From NCBI GenBank assembly GCA_038243585.1, contig JBBSQY010000039.1:1-32548 (forward strand): a stretch of 32,548 nucleotides of DNA, read 5' to 3'. Under the pieces are notes generated by a model. It was not told the origin of the DNA, did not search any database, and was given only the letters and a program-made list of their open reading frames with translations. The position numbers were made by a program, and so were the translations under genes. This DNA comes from Candidatus Sumerlaeales bacterium (GTDB lineage Bacteria; Sumerlaeota; Sumerlaeia; Sumerlaeales; Sumerlaeaceae). Every line of letters starts with the position of its first letter. Position 1 is the stretch's first letter. Positions 17,663 to 26,237 of this stretch are shown here, in pieces.

Positions 17663-18651
17663 AGCCACGTATTGCCATTACAATGGGCGATCCGGGAGGG
17701 ATTGGGCCGGAAGTAATATTGAAGGCACTGGCAAGGAGCGACGTTCGTCAAGCACTGATTCCTGTCATCGTTGGCGACTTGAAAGTGCTGGGGGATACAG
17801 CGCGGCGATTAAATCTTGGTGTGCCGTTCCACCGGGTTGATGCGGTCGATGAGGCCGTCCCAAATCGTTTCGGAAATGCGGTCGCTGTGTGGCAGCCGAC
17901 GTTGGACTACGGTAGCTTCCTGATCGGCGGCATAAGCGCTGAAAATGGGAAGGCCAGCCGTGCATATATATTAGAGGCGACGCAGGCGGCTCTTGAGAAG
18001 AAAGTGGATTCCATCTGCACAGCTCCCATCTCCAAGGAAGCTCTTTTCGCGGCGGGGTCGGGGTTTCCCGGACATACAGAATTGCTGGCCGATGCCTGTG
18101 GAGTGGAGGCTGTCCGAATGATGCTTGCGGGGGGCGGGCTGAGGGTGGTGCTTCAGACGATTCATGTGGCGTTGAAGGATGTTCCCGCTTTAATTTCCAT
18201 TGAAGCCATACTGAAGAGTTTGCGAATGATTAGCCAGTTTGCGACTGCGGCCGGAGAATCGCACCCGCGTATTGCAGTATGCGGGCTAAACCCTCACGCG
18301 GGGGAGGGTGGGCATTTTGGAACTGAGGAAATTACTATTATAGCGCCCGCAGTGGCCGCGGCATTAGACGAGGGGATCGCAGTTACCGGACCGTTGCCAG
18401 CGGACACTGTTTTCCATCGGATGCTGCAGGGAGATTTCGATTTCGTACTGGCCATGTATCATGACCAAGGCCTAATTCCCGTGAAAACTTTGGATTTCCA
18501 CGGGGGAGTCAATGTGACGGTGGGCCTACCCATATTCCGAACTTCTCCGGATCACGGCACGGCGTTCAACCTGGTTGGCCAGAACCTGGCCGATGAGAGC
18601 AGTATGGCAGCCGCATTGCTTTACGCGGTGAAGCTGGCAAGTTATAAGTAA
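17659..18651 (+). CDS. pdxA: 4-hydroxythreonine-4-phosphate dehydrogenase
   Basis: IAITMGDPGGIGPE, TAPISK, FPGHTE, GLNPHAGEGG, AMYHDQGLIPVK, RTSPDHGTAF; GTG start overlaps the surA TGA (GTGA). Confidence 0.96.
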   Translation: MKPRIAITMGDPGGIGPEVILKALARSDVRQALIPVIVGDLKVLGDTARRLNLGVPFHRVDAVDEAVPNRFGNAVAVWQPTLDYGSFLIGGISAENGKASRAYILEATQAALEKKVDSICTAPISKEALFAAGSGFPGHTELLADACGVEAVRMMLAGGGLRVVLQTIHVALKDVPALISIEAILKSLRMISQFATAAGESHPRIAVCGLNPHAGEGGHFGTEEITIIAPAVAAALDEGIAVTGPLPADTVFHRMLQGDFDFVLAMYHDQGLIPVKTLDFHGGVNVTVGLPIFRTSPDHGTAFNLVGQNLADESSMAAALLYAVKLASYK

Positions 18652-18690
18652 AAAAGGGTGAAGTTCAGACGGTGAAACCCGGGCTGGAAA

Positions 18691-18722
18691 GCGGGCCAGG
18701 TACTAATTATTACCCGGCCCGC
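18691..18722. terminator. GC-rich hairpin between convergent pdxA and dnaK-like genes (probable terminator)
   Basis: GCGGGCCAGGTA-CTAATTAT-TACCCGGCCCGC; the U tracts are short. Confidence 0.5.
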
Positions 18723-18733
18723 GATTTCGCATT

Positions 18734-20488
18734 TTATCCAGCAGCTTCCATCTCGGTCATGGTTCGGATGAGATCGTCCATTTTATCTTCAATGGCATCC
18801 CGATCCCCCTGGTCCATCAATTGACGCAATTCCATTGCCTGTGTTTTTAAGTCGTTCGACAGGGGGTGCGTTGCCTGTTTTGTTGCAATGCTTTCGGCGC
18901 GGGTGGCCAGTCCGCCTGCCTCATCCACCGTTGACTGTTCCATGCGCGACTGCATCATGCCGGTCACGCGTTCTCGCGCTTCCTTTACCATGCGATCTTT
19001 TTCGTCAGAAGACAGTCGTTCACCGGTGGCGGCGATGGTGATTTTCTTTTCGACCCCAGTCGCGAGATCTTCCGCCCGGCATTCGAGGATACGATCGGCG
19101 GTCAGCTTGAATGTGACTTCAATGCGCGGCACACCGCGGGGCGCAGGAGTAATGCTTTCGATGCGAAGGAGATCAAGGAAGGTATTTTCGCTGGCCGTTG
19201 TGTCTTCACCTTCATAGATGGGGAAGCTGATGGCGTCCTGAAAATCCTTTGTGGTAGTAAAAATGTCCTTTGCTTCGTTTGGGTAAGTGCTGTTACGTTC
19301 AATCAGCGGTGCGAATTGATCGTTTTGCAGACCTACACCCAGCGAAAACGGTGTTCTATGGATGATGACAATATCTTCTTTGCCGTAGCGAGCGCCGAGA
19401 GTTTCTTTAATGTCACCTGCGAGAGGTGCCAGGGTGAGGGTCTGCACGGCAGCGCCCATGGCGACAACTTCTTCTGGGCTGATGTCGCGGCTTGGCTGTT
19501 TGCCCAGCTTTTCCTGGACAAGCTGACGGACCAGCGGGATGCGAGTAGTGCCGCCAACCAGCAGCACAGCATCGATTTCTTCAGGCTTCAGCTTTGCATC
19601 AGTAATCGCCTTCATCATCGGCTCAATAGTGCTGCGGACGATGTCGCCGATCAATTCCTCGAAACGTTCCCTGGTTAGAGTTGTTTCCAGCGTCAGAGGG
19701 CCCTTGTCGCTCATGGAAACGGCTTCCACGAGAATATGGGTTTCTTTCAGTTCGCTCAGCTCGATTTTTGCTTCTTCAGCTGCTTCGCGCAGCCGCTGAA
19801 TGGCTATTGGATCATTTTTTAAATCAATATCGTGTTGTTTTTGGAATTCCTCGATGAGGAATTCCATAATTGTGCGGTCGATATCATCGCCGCCCAGCTT
19901 GGTATCGCCCTGAATGGCGCGAACCTGGAAAACACCCGACATGACTTCAATAATGGATACGTCGAAAGTTCCGCCGCCGAAATCGTAGACGAGTAGAATC
20001 TGATCTTTATCTTTGTCGAGGCCGTAGGCCAGCGCCGCTGCAGTTGGTTCGTCGATGATCCTGCGAACCTTCAGACCGGCGATTTCCCCAGCGTCTTTTG
20101 TTGCCTGCCGCTGAGTGTCGGTGAAGTAGGCAGGTACGGTGATAACCGCCTGATCCACGGTTTCTCCGAAGAAGTCTTCCACGTCCGACCTAAGCTTCTG
20201 AAGGAGCATGCCGGAAATTTCCTGCGGCGTGTATTTCTTTCCTTCAACGTCGACGCGGAAGTCCGTGCCCATGTGACGTTTAACGGAGAAGATGGTCCGC
20301 CCGACGTTCATCACGGCACCACGTTTTGCCTTCTTGCCAACCAGGATTTCGCCGTTTTTCGAAAACCCCACGACAGATGGAGTGGTACGCTCTCCAAGAT
20401 TGTTTGGCACTATCATTGGGCCGTTTTTTTCGAAAACTGCAACTGCTGAATTGGTGGTGCCCAGGTCAATGCCCATGATTCGGCTCAT
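18734..20488 (-). CDS. dnaK: Hsp70/DnaK-family chaperone, probably a secondary specialised paralog
   Basis: GIDLGTTNS, TTPSVV, AVITVPAYF, EPTAAALAYG, YDFGGGTFDVS, LVGGTTRIP, PAPRGVPRIEVTF; atypical linker DIVIIHRTP; no disordered C-terminal tail. Confidence 0.92.
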   Translation of the reverse strand: MSRIMGIDLGTTNSAVAVFEKNGPMIVPNNLGERTTPSVVGFSKNGEILVGKKAKRGAVMNVGRTIFSVKRHMGTDFRVDVEGKKYTPQEISGMLLQKLRSDVEDFFGETVDQAVITVPAYFTDTQRQATKDAGEIAGLKVRRIIDEPTAAALAYGLDKDKDQILLVYDFGGGTFDVSIIEVMSGVFQVRAIQGDTKLGGDDIDRTIMEFLIEEFQKQHDIDLKNDPIAIQRLREAAEEAKIELSELKETHILVEAVSMSDKGPLTLETTLTRERFEELIGDIVRSTIEPMMKAITDAKLKPEEIDAVLLVGGTTRIPLVRQLVQEKLGKQPSRDISPEEVVAMGAAVQTLTLAPLAGDIKETLGARYGKEDIVIIHRTPFSLGVGLQNDQFAPLIERNSTYPNEAKDIFTTTKDFQDAISFPIYEGEDTTASENTFLDLLRIESITPAPRGVPRIEVTFKLTADRILECRAEDLATGVEKKITIAATGERLSSDEKDRMVKEARERVTGMMQSRMEQSTVDEAGGLATRAESIATKQATHPLSNDLKTQAMELRQLMDQGDRDAIEDKMDDLIRTMTEMEAAG

Positions 20489-21030
20489 CAGACGCTCATC
20501 GACTCCTTCTCATTATATACTACTACTACTTTTGCATCTCGTAAAAGTTTGCCCCGAAGTATGTAACCTTTTTGCCGCTCGTAGATTATCGTGTCGTTCA
20601 CGTGATCAGTCGAGGGGCGGTATTCCACAACTTCGTGCAGGTTAAGATCAACTTTTGAACCGACTGCGCGCATCTGGTAAAGTTCATAATTTTCCAGAGT
20701 GTTAAGCAACCGGAAATAGATGCTTTCAACGCTTTTCAGCCAGTTGTCAACCACGTCCGTCTGTGGATATGATCTTCCAAGATGGAGCACCCGATCAAAA
20801 CCATCCAATGTTGGCAACAGGTTCTTCATCATTTTTTCCAGTTCTTCCGGCCGTCCCGTTGATTGCTCCAGGTCGCGCGCCATTTGACTCAGGCGTTCGT
20901 TTTCCCTGAGCGTTGCACTAGCCATGGAGCGCACATCTTCCCCGATCTGCCTGGGAGATAGGTAGATTGGCAGCCGGACCGCGGCAAGGGGGAATTCCCT
21001 TCGGAAGATCTGGTTCATCGTCCAGGTCAT
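20488..21030 (-). CDS. grpE: GrpE-family nucleotide exchange factor (divergent N-terminus)
   Basis: LLPTLDGFDR, VGSKVDLNLHEVV, QKGYILRGKLLRDAKVVV; the stop overlaps the dnaK ATG. Confidence 0.88.
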   Translation of the reverse strand: MTWTMNQIFRREFPLAAVRLPIYLSPRQIGEDVRSMASATLRENERLSQMARDLEQSTGRPEELEKMMKNLLPTLDGFDRVLHLGRSYPQTDVVDNWLKSVESIYFRLLNTLENYELYQMRAVGSKVDLNLHEVVEYRPSTDHVNDTIIYERQKGYILRGKLLRDAKVVVVYNEKESMSV

Positions 21031-22316
21031 GATTTCATTCGGATATCGGAAATGGCCCGCTTCGCCTGTTTGTTTTTCGGATCATACTCAAGCACCTTCT
21101 GAAATGCTACCAGTGCGGTGCGCCTGTCACCCTTGCGCATCATTGTGTCTGCTATTTCGAGATATACTTCCCACGCGTCCGGCATGAGTTTGATCAGCTC
21201 TTTAAAATGCACCAGTGCCTGGGTGTAGTGACCGTTGTCTTTAAGTTTTTTGCCTACGGCCATGCGGGCCCGGGTTACAGAATCACGGATGCCGTATGCC
21301 TTAGGGTCTGCCGCCATGCCCCGTCGCCATGTGTTAAAGGCGAGCTCGAATTTTCCTGAATTCAGATAAGCCCAACCGAGCTGGTTGACAATATCAAGGT
21401 TGCGCGGATGCTCAATTTGTAATTTTTTTAACAGAAGAATGGCTTCGTCGAACTTCCGTTCTTCCATCTGGGCGGCAGCCAGGTTGTATTGGGCATCGAA
21501 ATCGTCCGGGTTGATTCGGAGAACGGAGCGATAGCTTTCAATGGCCTCTTCTTTAGTTTCCGGCGTTTGAACACGCTCGAGAGCTTTGCCGCCGTGATGG
21601 CGATGGACCTCCACAAGACACTGTTGCAGGTACTGATTTGCCGGGTCTTGGTCGAGTTGTTCTTTCCAACGCTTAATGGTTTCTGCCCAATATCGCTGGC
21701 TTCTCTGTTGATCATCCAGCTTATCTGCCGCCAGCGCCAGATTATGCACAGTCTCCGTGCTGTCAGGATCCATTTTCAGCACGTTTTCCCACATACGAAC
21801 GGCTTCATCATTTAGATCATGCAGGGCGTAATTGTATCCGAGCTGGCGATATGCGCTCATGAGATTGTTTTTTGCCCGCTGGTGGGTCTGGTCTAACTTA
21901 AGCAGCGTCAGCCAGCTCCCGATTGCCTGTGTCCACTGCTTTTTTTGCGCTTGTTGATAGCTCAGACGCTGCAAGTTGTGGATGAGCTGCTGGCGCGACT
22001 CCGGGTCCTGATTTCCCCGAGCGATGCTTTCCTGCATCTGTTGAACGCGGGCTTCAATTACTGCCTCTTCCTCTTCAACTTTTTCCTCGTCTGCCCAATT
22101 AAAGTCGCTCTCGACATAGTTATAGGTAAACGCATCCTCTTTGGCCCGCTGCTCAGGATCAATTAGGCGTTCGTAAGCCCTTTGGACCACCATGAACCGT
22201 TCCGGATGGGTCTCCGGATTAAACTTTTTTACAAGCTCGTTGTGGGCCTGCTTAATTTCTTTTTCCGTGGAGCCTTTGCGGATGTTGAGAACCGCATAGG
22301 CGTTTTGCTCAGCCAT
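21027..22316 (-). CDS. J-domain-like + tetratricopeptide repeat protein
   Basis: N-terminal NAYAVLNI...STEKEIKQAHNELVKKFNPETHPERF..VQRAYERLIDPEQR (J-fold without HPD), followed by multiple TPRs; ATGA overlap with grpE. Confidence 0.88.
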   Translation of the reverse strand: MAEQNAYAVLNIRKGSTEKEIKQAHNELVKKFNPETHPERFMVVQRAYERLIDPEQRAKEDAFTYNYVESDFNWADEEKVEEEEAVIEARVQQMQESIARGNQDPESRQQLIHNLQRLSYQQAQKKQWTQAIGSWLTLLKLDQTHQRAKNNLMSAYRQLGYNYALHDLNDEAVRMWENVLKMDPDSTETVHNLALAADKLDDQQRSQRYWAETIKRWKEQLDQDPANQYLQQCLVEVHRHHGGKALERVQTPETKEEAIESYRSVLRINPDDFDAQYNLAAAQMEERKFDEAILLLKKLQIEHPRNLDIVNQLGWAYLNSGKFELAFNTWRRGMAADPKAYGIRDSVTRARMAVGKKLKDNGHYTQALVHFKELIKLMPDAWEVYLEIADTMMRKGDRRTALVAFQKVLEYDPKNKQAKRAISDIRMKS

Positions 22317-22597
22317 TCTTTTCCAGTCACAGATCCTGAATCACTGCCTTGCAAGCCTGGGCAATAATCGGTACAAGTACTTTTCTCTGTCGCATAGAAG
22401 AGGAAAAGCATACCATTGAAAAGAGGCTGTCTGCTCGGCGGGAACGATGGCAAGGAAAAACTTAATGCCTGTTTTTAGGAAGCCCAAAGTTTTCAAATTC
22501 CTAATTTTCCCTTTATCCAAAATGGAGGTGTTTAGGAACGAATGAAGCCGTTGATCATATGTACTAAAACATCAGCAATTCTGCGACAATGTACCTG

Positions 22598-22969
22598 GGG
22601 GGCGTAACGGCTTCGACGGGGCTTGTTTGTGGGAGAGGCTGCAAGCCGAGGATGTACGTTTGCCTCGTTAATCATCGTGCACCGCTTTTATCTGCGGACA
22701 ACAACTACGCACTCGCTGCCTAAACTTAACCGTTTAGGGTAGCGCGTCCGCCGGAGACCTGCCTGTGGTTTCCGAACCGGGCGTCATTCTTACAGGCTCG
22801 CCGACTCGCGTGGCCCGCGCGCTTAGGTTAAATTTCGGGCTGGTCCTGAGGGGTGGCCTGTCGGCCGGCGTACTTTCAGGATAAAAGCAAAAAAATTAAC
22901 CGACTACGCTTGTAGATGCTTCTTCGGCATGAGCCGCGGACGTGGGTTCGACTCCCACCGCCTCCACCA
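22598..22969 (+). ncRNA. ssrA: tmRNA
   Basis: 5' GGGGGCG..GGCTTCGAC; 3' T-arm GTGGGTTCGACTCCCAC then CGCCTCC-ACCA (acceptor stem with G3-U); tag reading frame 22694-22723 GCG GAC AAC AAC TAC GCA CTC GCT GCC TAA = ADNNYALAA*. Confidence 0.97.
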
Positions 22970-23006
22970 GTTTTTGGTTGCTCCCCATAATCTTTTCAGG
23001 TAGAGT

Positions 23007-23145
23007 GTGGGATGGGCATTCCAGCCCGTTTCAGTGGACGTAACTAATCTCATGTTGTAGTTTGAAAAATAACCGATGAACTTACAGGTGTCGGGCTGGT
23101 TGTTTGTTGAAGTTGGTTCGAGACGGGCAGGAATGCCCATCCTAC
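23007..23145. repeat. Inverted REP doublet (REPIN-like)
   Basis: 23007-23032 GTGGGATGGGCATTCCAGCCCGTTTC versus the reverse complement of 23120-23145, GTAGGATGGGCATTCCTGCCCGTCTC (23/26 identical). Each arm is GTRG plus a palindrome; the spacer is 87 nt. Confidence 0.8.
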
Positions 23146-23149
23146 GCCT

Positions 23150-24046
23150 TTATCCGGGCAGGGTGCCGCTGGTCCGTAGCCTTGTGATTATGGCTTCTAC
23201 CATGCTGCTTTTGTTCATGCAGTAGAAGTGTATTCCGGGCGCGCCGCTTTTCAACAGTTCTTCGCACTGGCGTACAGCCCAGTCAATGCCCAATTGAGTC
23301 TGTTTGTCTGGATCCCCTTCGGTGGCGGCAATCAATCTTTCCAAATCCTCAGGCACGCGCGCCGGTCCGCTCATGGTGCGGGCATATTTGGTGGTAAAGC
23401 GCCGCAGTTCGTCGTCGGATCGAAACGGGAGGATCCCTGGCACGATGGGGACGGTAATTCCCTCACGGCGAGCCTGGTCTACATATTGAAAGTAATCCTC
23501 GTTATGGAAAAAAAGCTGTGTGACCACGGCGTCCGCCCCGGCAGCCACTTTTTCTTTTAGAAATCTCATGTCGCTTTCCCGGCATATCGACTCCGGATGA
23601 ACTTCCGGAAACCCGGCCACCGCTACGGAAAATCCACGCGCTGTCGCCGCGGCGACCAGCTCTGCTGCATAGTGATACCCTTCGGGGTGAGCGCTCCAGG
23701 CAGCGTCGCCTTTTGGCGGATCGCCTCGAAGGGCGATGATGTTTTCCACCCCGTCGGCTTCCAGCCGCGAAAATACGTCGTCAATTTCTGCGCGGGATTG
23801 TCCGACGCAGGTCAGGTGGCACATCACCTCGAGGCCAAACTCATGTTTTACCCGGTGAACCCAATCGAGGGTGCTATCGCGATTGCTGCCGCCGGCGCCA
23901 TAGGTGACGGAGCAGAATGCTGGTCCGAGACGTTTAATTTCTTCGATCCGCATGGCGAGGTCGGCTTGCCCCTCTGGAGATCGCGGGGGGAAAAACTCAA
24001 CCGAAACTGCGGGACTATTGGCGGCGTAAATTTGACTCAGGCGCAA
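23150..24046 (-). CDS. metF: 5,10-methylenetetrahydrofolate reductase
   Basis: SVEFFPP, SVTYGAGGS, HLTCVG, ALRGDPP, AGFPEVHP, KEKVAAGAD..VTQLFF, GIHFYCMN; TTG start with RBS GAGGAG. Confidence 0.95.
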   Translation of the reverse strand: MRLSQIYAANSPAVSVEFFPPRSPEGQADLAMRIEEIKRLGPAFCSVTYGAGGSNRDSTLDWVHRVKHEFGLEVMCHLTCVGQSRAEIDDVFSRLEADGVENIIALRGDPPKGDAAWSAHPEGYHYAAELVAAATARGFSVAVAGFPEVHPESICRESDMRFLKEKVAAGADAVVTQLFFHNEDYFQYVDQARREGITVPIVPGILPFRSDDELRRFTTKYARTMSGPARVPEDLERLIAATEGDPDKQTQLGIDWAVRQCEELLKSGAPGIHFYCMNKSSMVEAIITRLRTSGTLPG

Positions 24047-24114
24047 GCGCGACTCTCCTCATCGTGCGTAAATATCAAAGCACATACACAAACTGGCAGC
24101 TTATGATTGAAGAT

Positions 24115-24879
24115 TCATACTTCAAAGGCCATTCCATCATAGAGCAGCGCCATGCCGGTGGGCAATGTGCGGTTGGTTATCTCATGGTCGAGGTCGTGGC
24201 ACATATGGGTAAACCAGACTTTTGCCGCGCCGATCCGCCGAGATACGTCGATAGCCTGGTTAAGGCTCATATGGCTGGGGTGGGGGTGATGGCGCAGGGC
24301 GCTTGTGATGAGAACTTCTACGCCCTGGAGTGCGGCAACGGTTTCATCCGGCATTGCGCTGACATCGGTGAAATAAGCAAAGCGCCCGAAACGGAAGCCG
24401 ATTATCGGCATGGCGCCATGATATACGGTAAGTGGAAGCACATCGATGGAGCCAATCCGCACGGGCTGACCGGGGCTGATCGTATGGAGGCTGAGGTTCG
24501 GGATGCCACCGCCGGGGGGCGGGGGGACAAAGCAGTATGCGAAGCGGGTCTTTATGTCGGAAAGGCTGAACTCTGTTCCGTATACTGAGATAGGATGGCC
24601 GTGCACCATGTTGTAGGACCGTAGATCGTCCAGGCCATTAACGTGATCAGAATGGGTGTGAGTTAGCAGAAGATGATCCACGTCGCGAATGCCCCGGAGG
24701 ATCGCCTGGGTGCGGAAGTCCGGCCCGCAGTCAACCAGTATACGAGTGTCTCCTTCTTCAAGGTAGATACTGGCCCGCATTCTTTTGTTTCGGGGATCTG
24801 GGGAGTTACAAACGGCGCAGCCACAACCGAGGGTGGGAACTCCGGCGCTTGTTCCTGATCCTAATATGACTACGCGCAA
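24115..24879 (-). CDS. MBL-fold metallo-hydrolase, PhnP/YcfH-neighbour phosphodiesterase type
   Basis: LGSGTSAGVP..GC.C.VC, DCGPDFRTQ, THTHSDHVNGLDDLR (HxHxDH), AYFTD, THMCH. Confidence 0.92.
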   Translation of the reverse strand: MRVVILGSGTSAGVPTLGCGCAVCNSPDPRNKRMRASIYLEEGDTRILVDCGPDFRTQAILRGIRDVDHLLLTHTHSDHVNGLDDLRSYNMVHGHPISVYGTEFSLSDIKTRFAYCFVPPPPGGGIPNLSLHTISPGQPVRIGSIDVLPLTVYHGAMPIIGFRFGRFAYFTDVSAMPDETVAALQGVEVLITSALRHHPHPSHMSLNQAIDVSRRIGAAKVWFTHMCHDLDHEITNRTLPTGMALLYDGMAFEV

Positions 24880-25005
24880 TACTGTCGATCCTTCTATCTG
24901 CGTTAGTGACTAAGGTCACTACAAATTAAAGATAAACAACTTTCAGCTATGTTCGGTAATCCCTGTAAATCTTCTGCAACGCATAACCGAAAGGCTTTTA
25001 TTCTA

Positions 25006-25848
25006 ATGAGCTTCCTTACCATTCTTTCTTCTCCGCGATCGATAATTCATCCGGCGATTCGGCTGATCGCAGCCGGGGTGACGCTTATGCTTATGACATT
25101 GCCCGGCGCTCAGAACGTTATCGCTCAGCCTCAATCGCAGCTTGGGGCAGCCGATCTGGAACGTATCGGCAAGCGCATCTGGGAGAGCGAATGTGACGGC
25201 ACTGTGGAAGGACTGACCAGTTGGAATACAGGGGAGGATTTTGCTTCGCTCGGGATCGGCCACTTCATCTGGTATCCTGTCGGAAAAACCGGCCCGTTTG
25301 AGGAGAGCTTTCCGCAGCTAATTGCGTATCTACAGCAGTCTGGCGTAACGGTTCCCGGGTGGCTTTTGCAGACGCCCGATTGCCCGTGGCCTGATCGCGC
25401 CGCTTTTCTTCGCGACAAAAACTCTGCCCGTCAAAGAGAACTGCGCACGCTGCTGTCGCAGACGGTTCCTCAACAAACCCAGTTTATCATAGCCCGACTG
25501 AAAGCCGCCGCACCAAAAATGCAGGCTGCTGCGGGTCAGCGGGGCCCCCAGGTAGCTGCAAATATGCAACTGCTTGGCCAAACCGCCGCCGGTAACTACG
25601 CCATGATTGATTACGTTAACTTTAAGGGCGAGGGGCTTAAACAGGAGGAGAGTTATAACGGCCAGGGCTGGGGCTTGCTCCAGGTCCTGATGGAAATGCG
25701 CCCTTCAGACGCCGCCGATGCCCCTCGCGCGTTCGCCGCAGCGTCGAAAGCGGTGCTGACCCGTCGAGTGAAAAACAGCCCGCCGGCGCGGAACGAAAAG
25801 CAATGGCTTCCAGGCTGGCTGAACCGGTGCGACGCTTACGGGCGGTAA
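25006..25848 (+). CDS. Secreted hypothetical protein, possible lysozyme-like fold
   Basis: Signal peptide; IWESEC...WNTGEDFASLGIGHFIWYP, DYVNFKGEG, terminal WLPGWLNR. An alternative start exists at 24949. Confidence 0.6.
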   Translation: MSFLTILSSPRSIIHPAIRLIAAGVTLMLMTLPGAQNVIAQPQSQLGAADLERIGKRIWESECDGTVEGLTSWNTGEDFASLGIGHFIWYPVGKTGPFEESFPQLIAYLQQSGVTVPGWLLQTPDCPWPDRAAFLRDKNSARQRELRTLLSQTVPQQTQFIIARLKAAAPKMQAAAGQRGPQVAANMQLLGQTAAGNYAMIDYVNFKGEGLKQEESYNGQGWGLLQVLMEMRPSDAADAPRAFAAASKAVLTRRVKNSPPARNEKQWLPGWLNRCDAYGR

Positions 25849-25897
25849 AGCAAGCATAACAAATTGACGCAAACGGACATCTACTAATCCGACCATT

Positions 25898-26089
25898 GCC
25901 AGATCAACATCATCGACTCCTTCAATGTTACCCTTCGCAGTCCCACAGGGTCTTCCAGGTAAGTTCATTCAGCCTTTCAAACCGCTGCACGGTACCCTCT
26001 CTTTCAACCGGAGACAGGGTCGGGATTCCACGCTCACAACTTCCTGAAGGAGCACAAAAGCCTTTCGAAGTTGTCCAGGCGTTGAAACC
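25898..26089 (-). ncRNA. Candidate structured non-coding RNA, family unassigned
   Basis: Four consecutive hairpins plus a long-range 8-bp pairing in an intergenic gap between convergent genes; G-U pairs favour the minus strand (see findings). Confidence 0.4.
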
Positions 26090-26175
26090 ACCTTATATCG
26101 GTAACTGAAGGAACGAAAGTACATTGAAGCAAGTGAGCAAGTCACTTTGTGTTAGCGCACAAACAGCAAAATAAC

Positions 26176-26208
26176 AAAAAAGCGGGCTGTGCCGAAGCAC
26201 AACCCGCT
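26176..26208 (-). terminator. Rho-independent terminator of the DUF11 gene
   Basis: Minus strand reads AGCGGGTTGTGC-TTCG-GCACAGCCCGCT then a T run, about 30 nt after the stop at 26238. Confidence 0.88.
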
Positions 26209-26237
26209 AGTATAACCGCTAATAGTTCAGCTGCTTG

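Noticed and set aside
22317..22597. CIRCE/HrcA operator upstream of the Hsp70 operon
   Set aside because: No TTAGCACTC-N9-GAGTGCTAA match was seen on either strand.
24047..24114. SAM riboswitch upstream of metF
   Set aside because: The gap is only 68 nt and has no SAM-I core or other recognisable aptamer.
25985..26035. T-box (GGTACCGTG) or FMN riboswitch (GTGGAATCCCGACC) identity for the structured intergenic element
   Set aside because: Only short partial matches; the T-box UGGN bulge and the other FMN conserved segments are absent, and there is no downstream gene on that strand to regulate.
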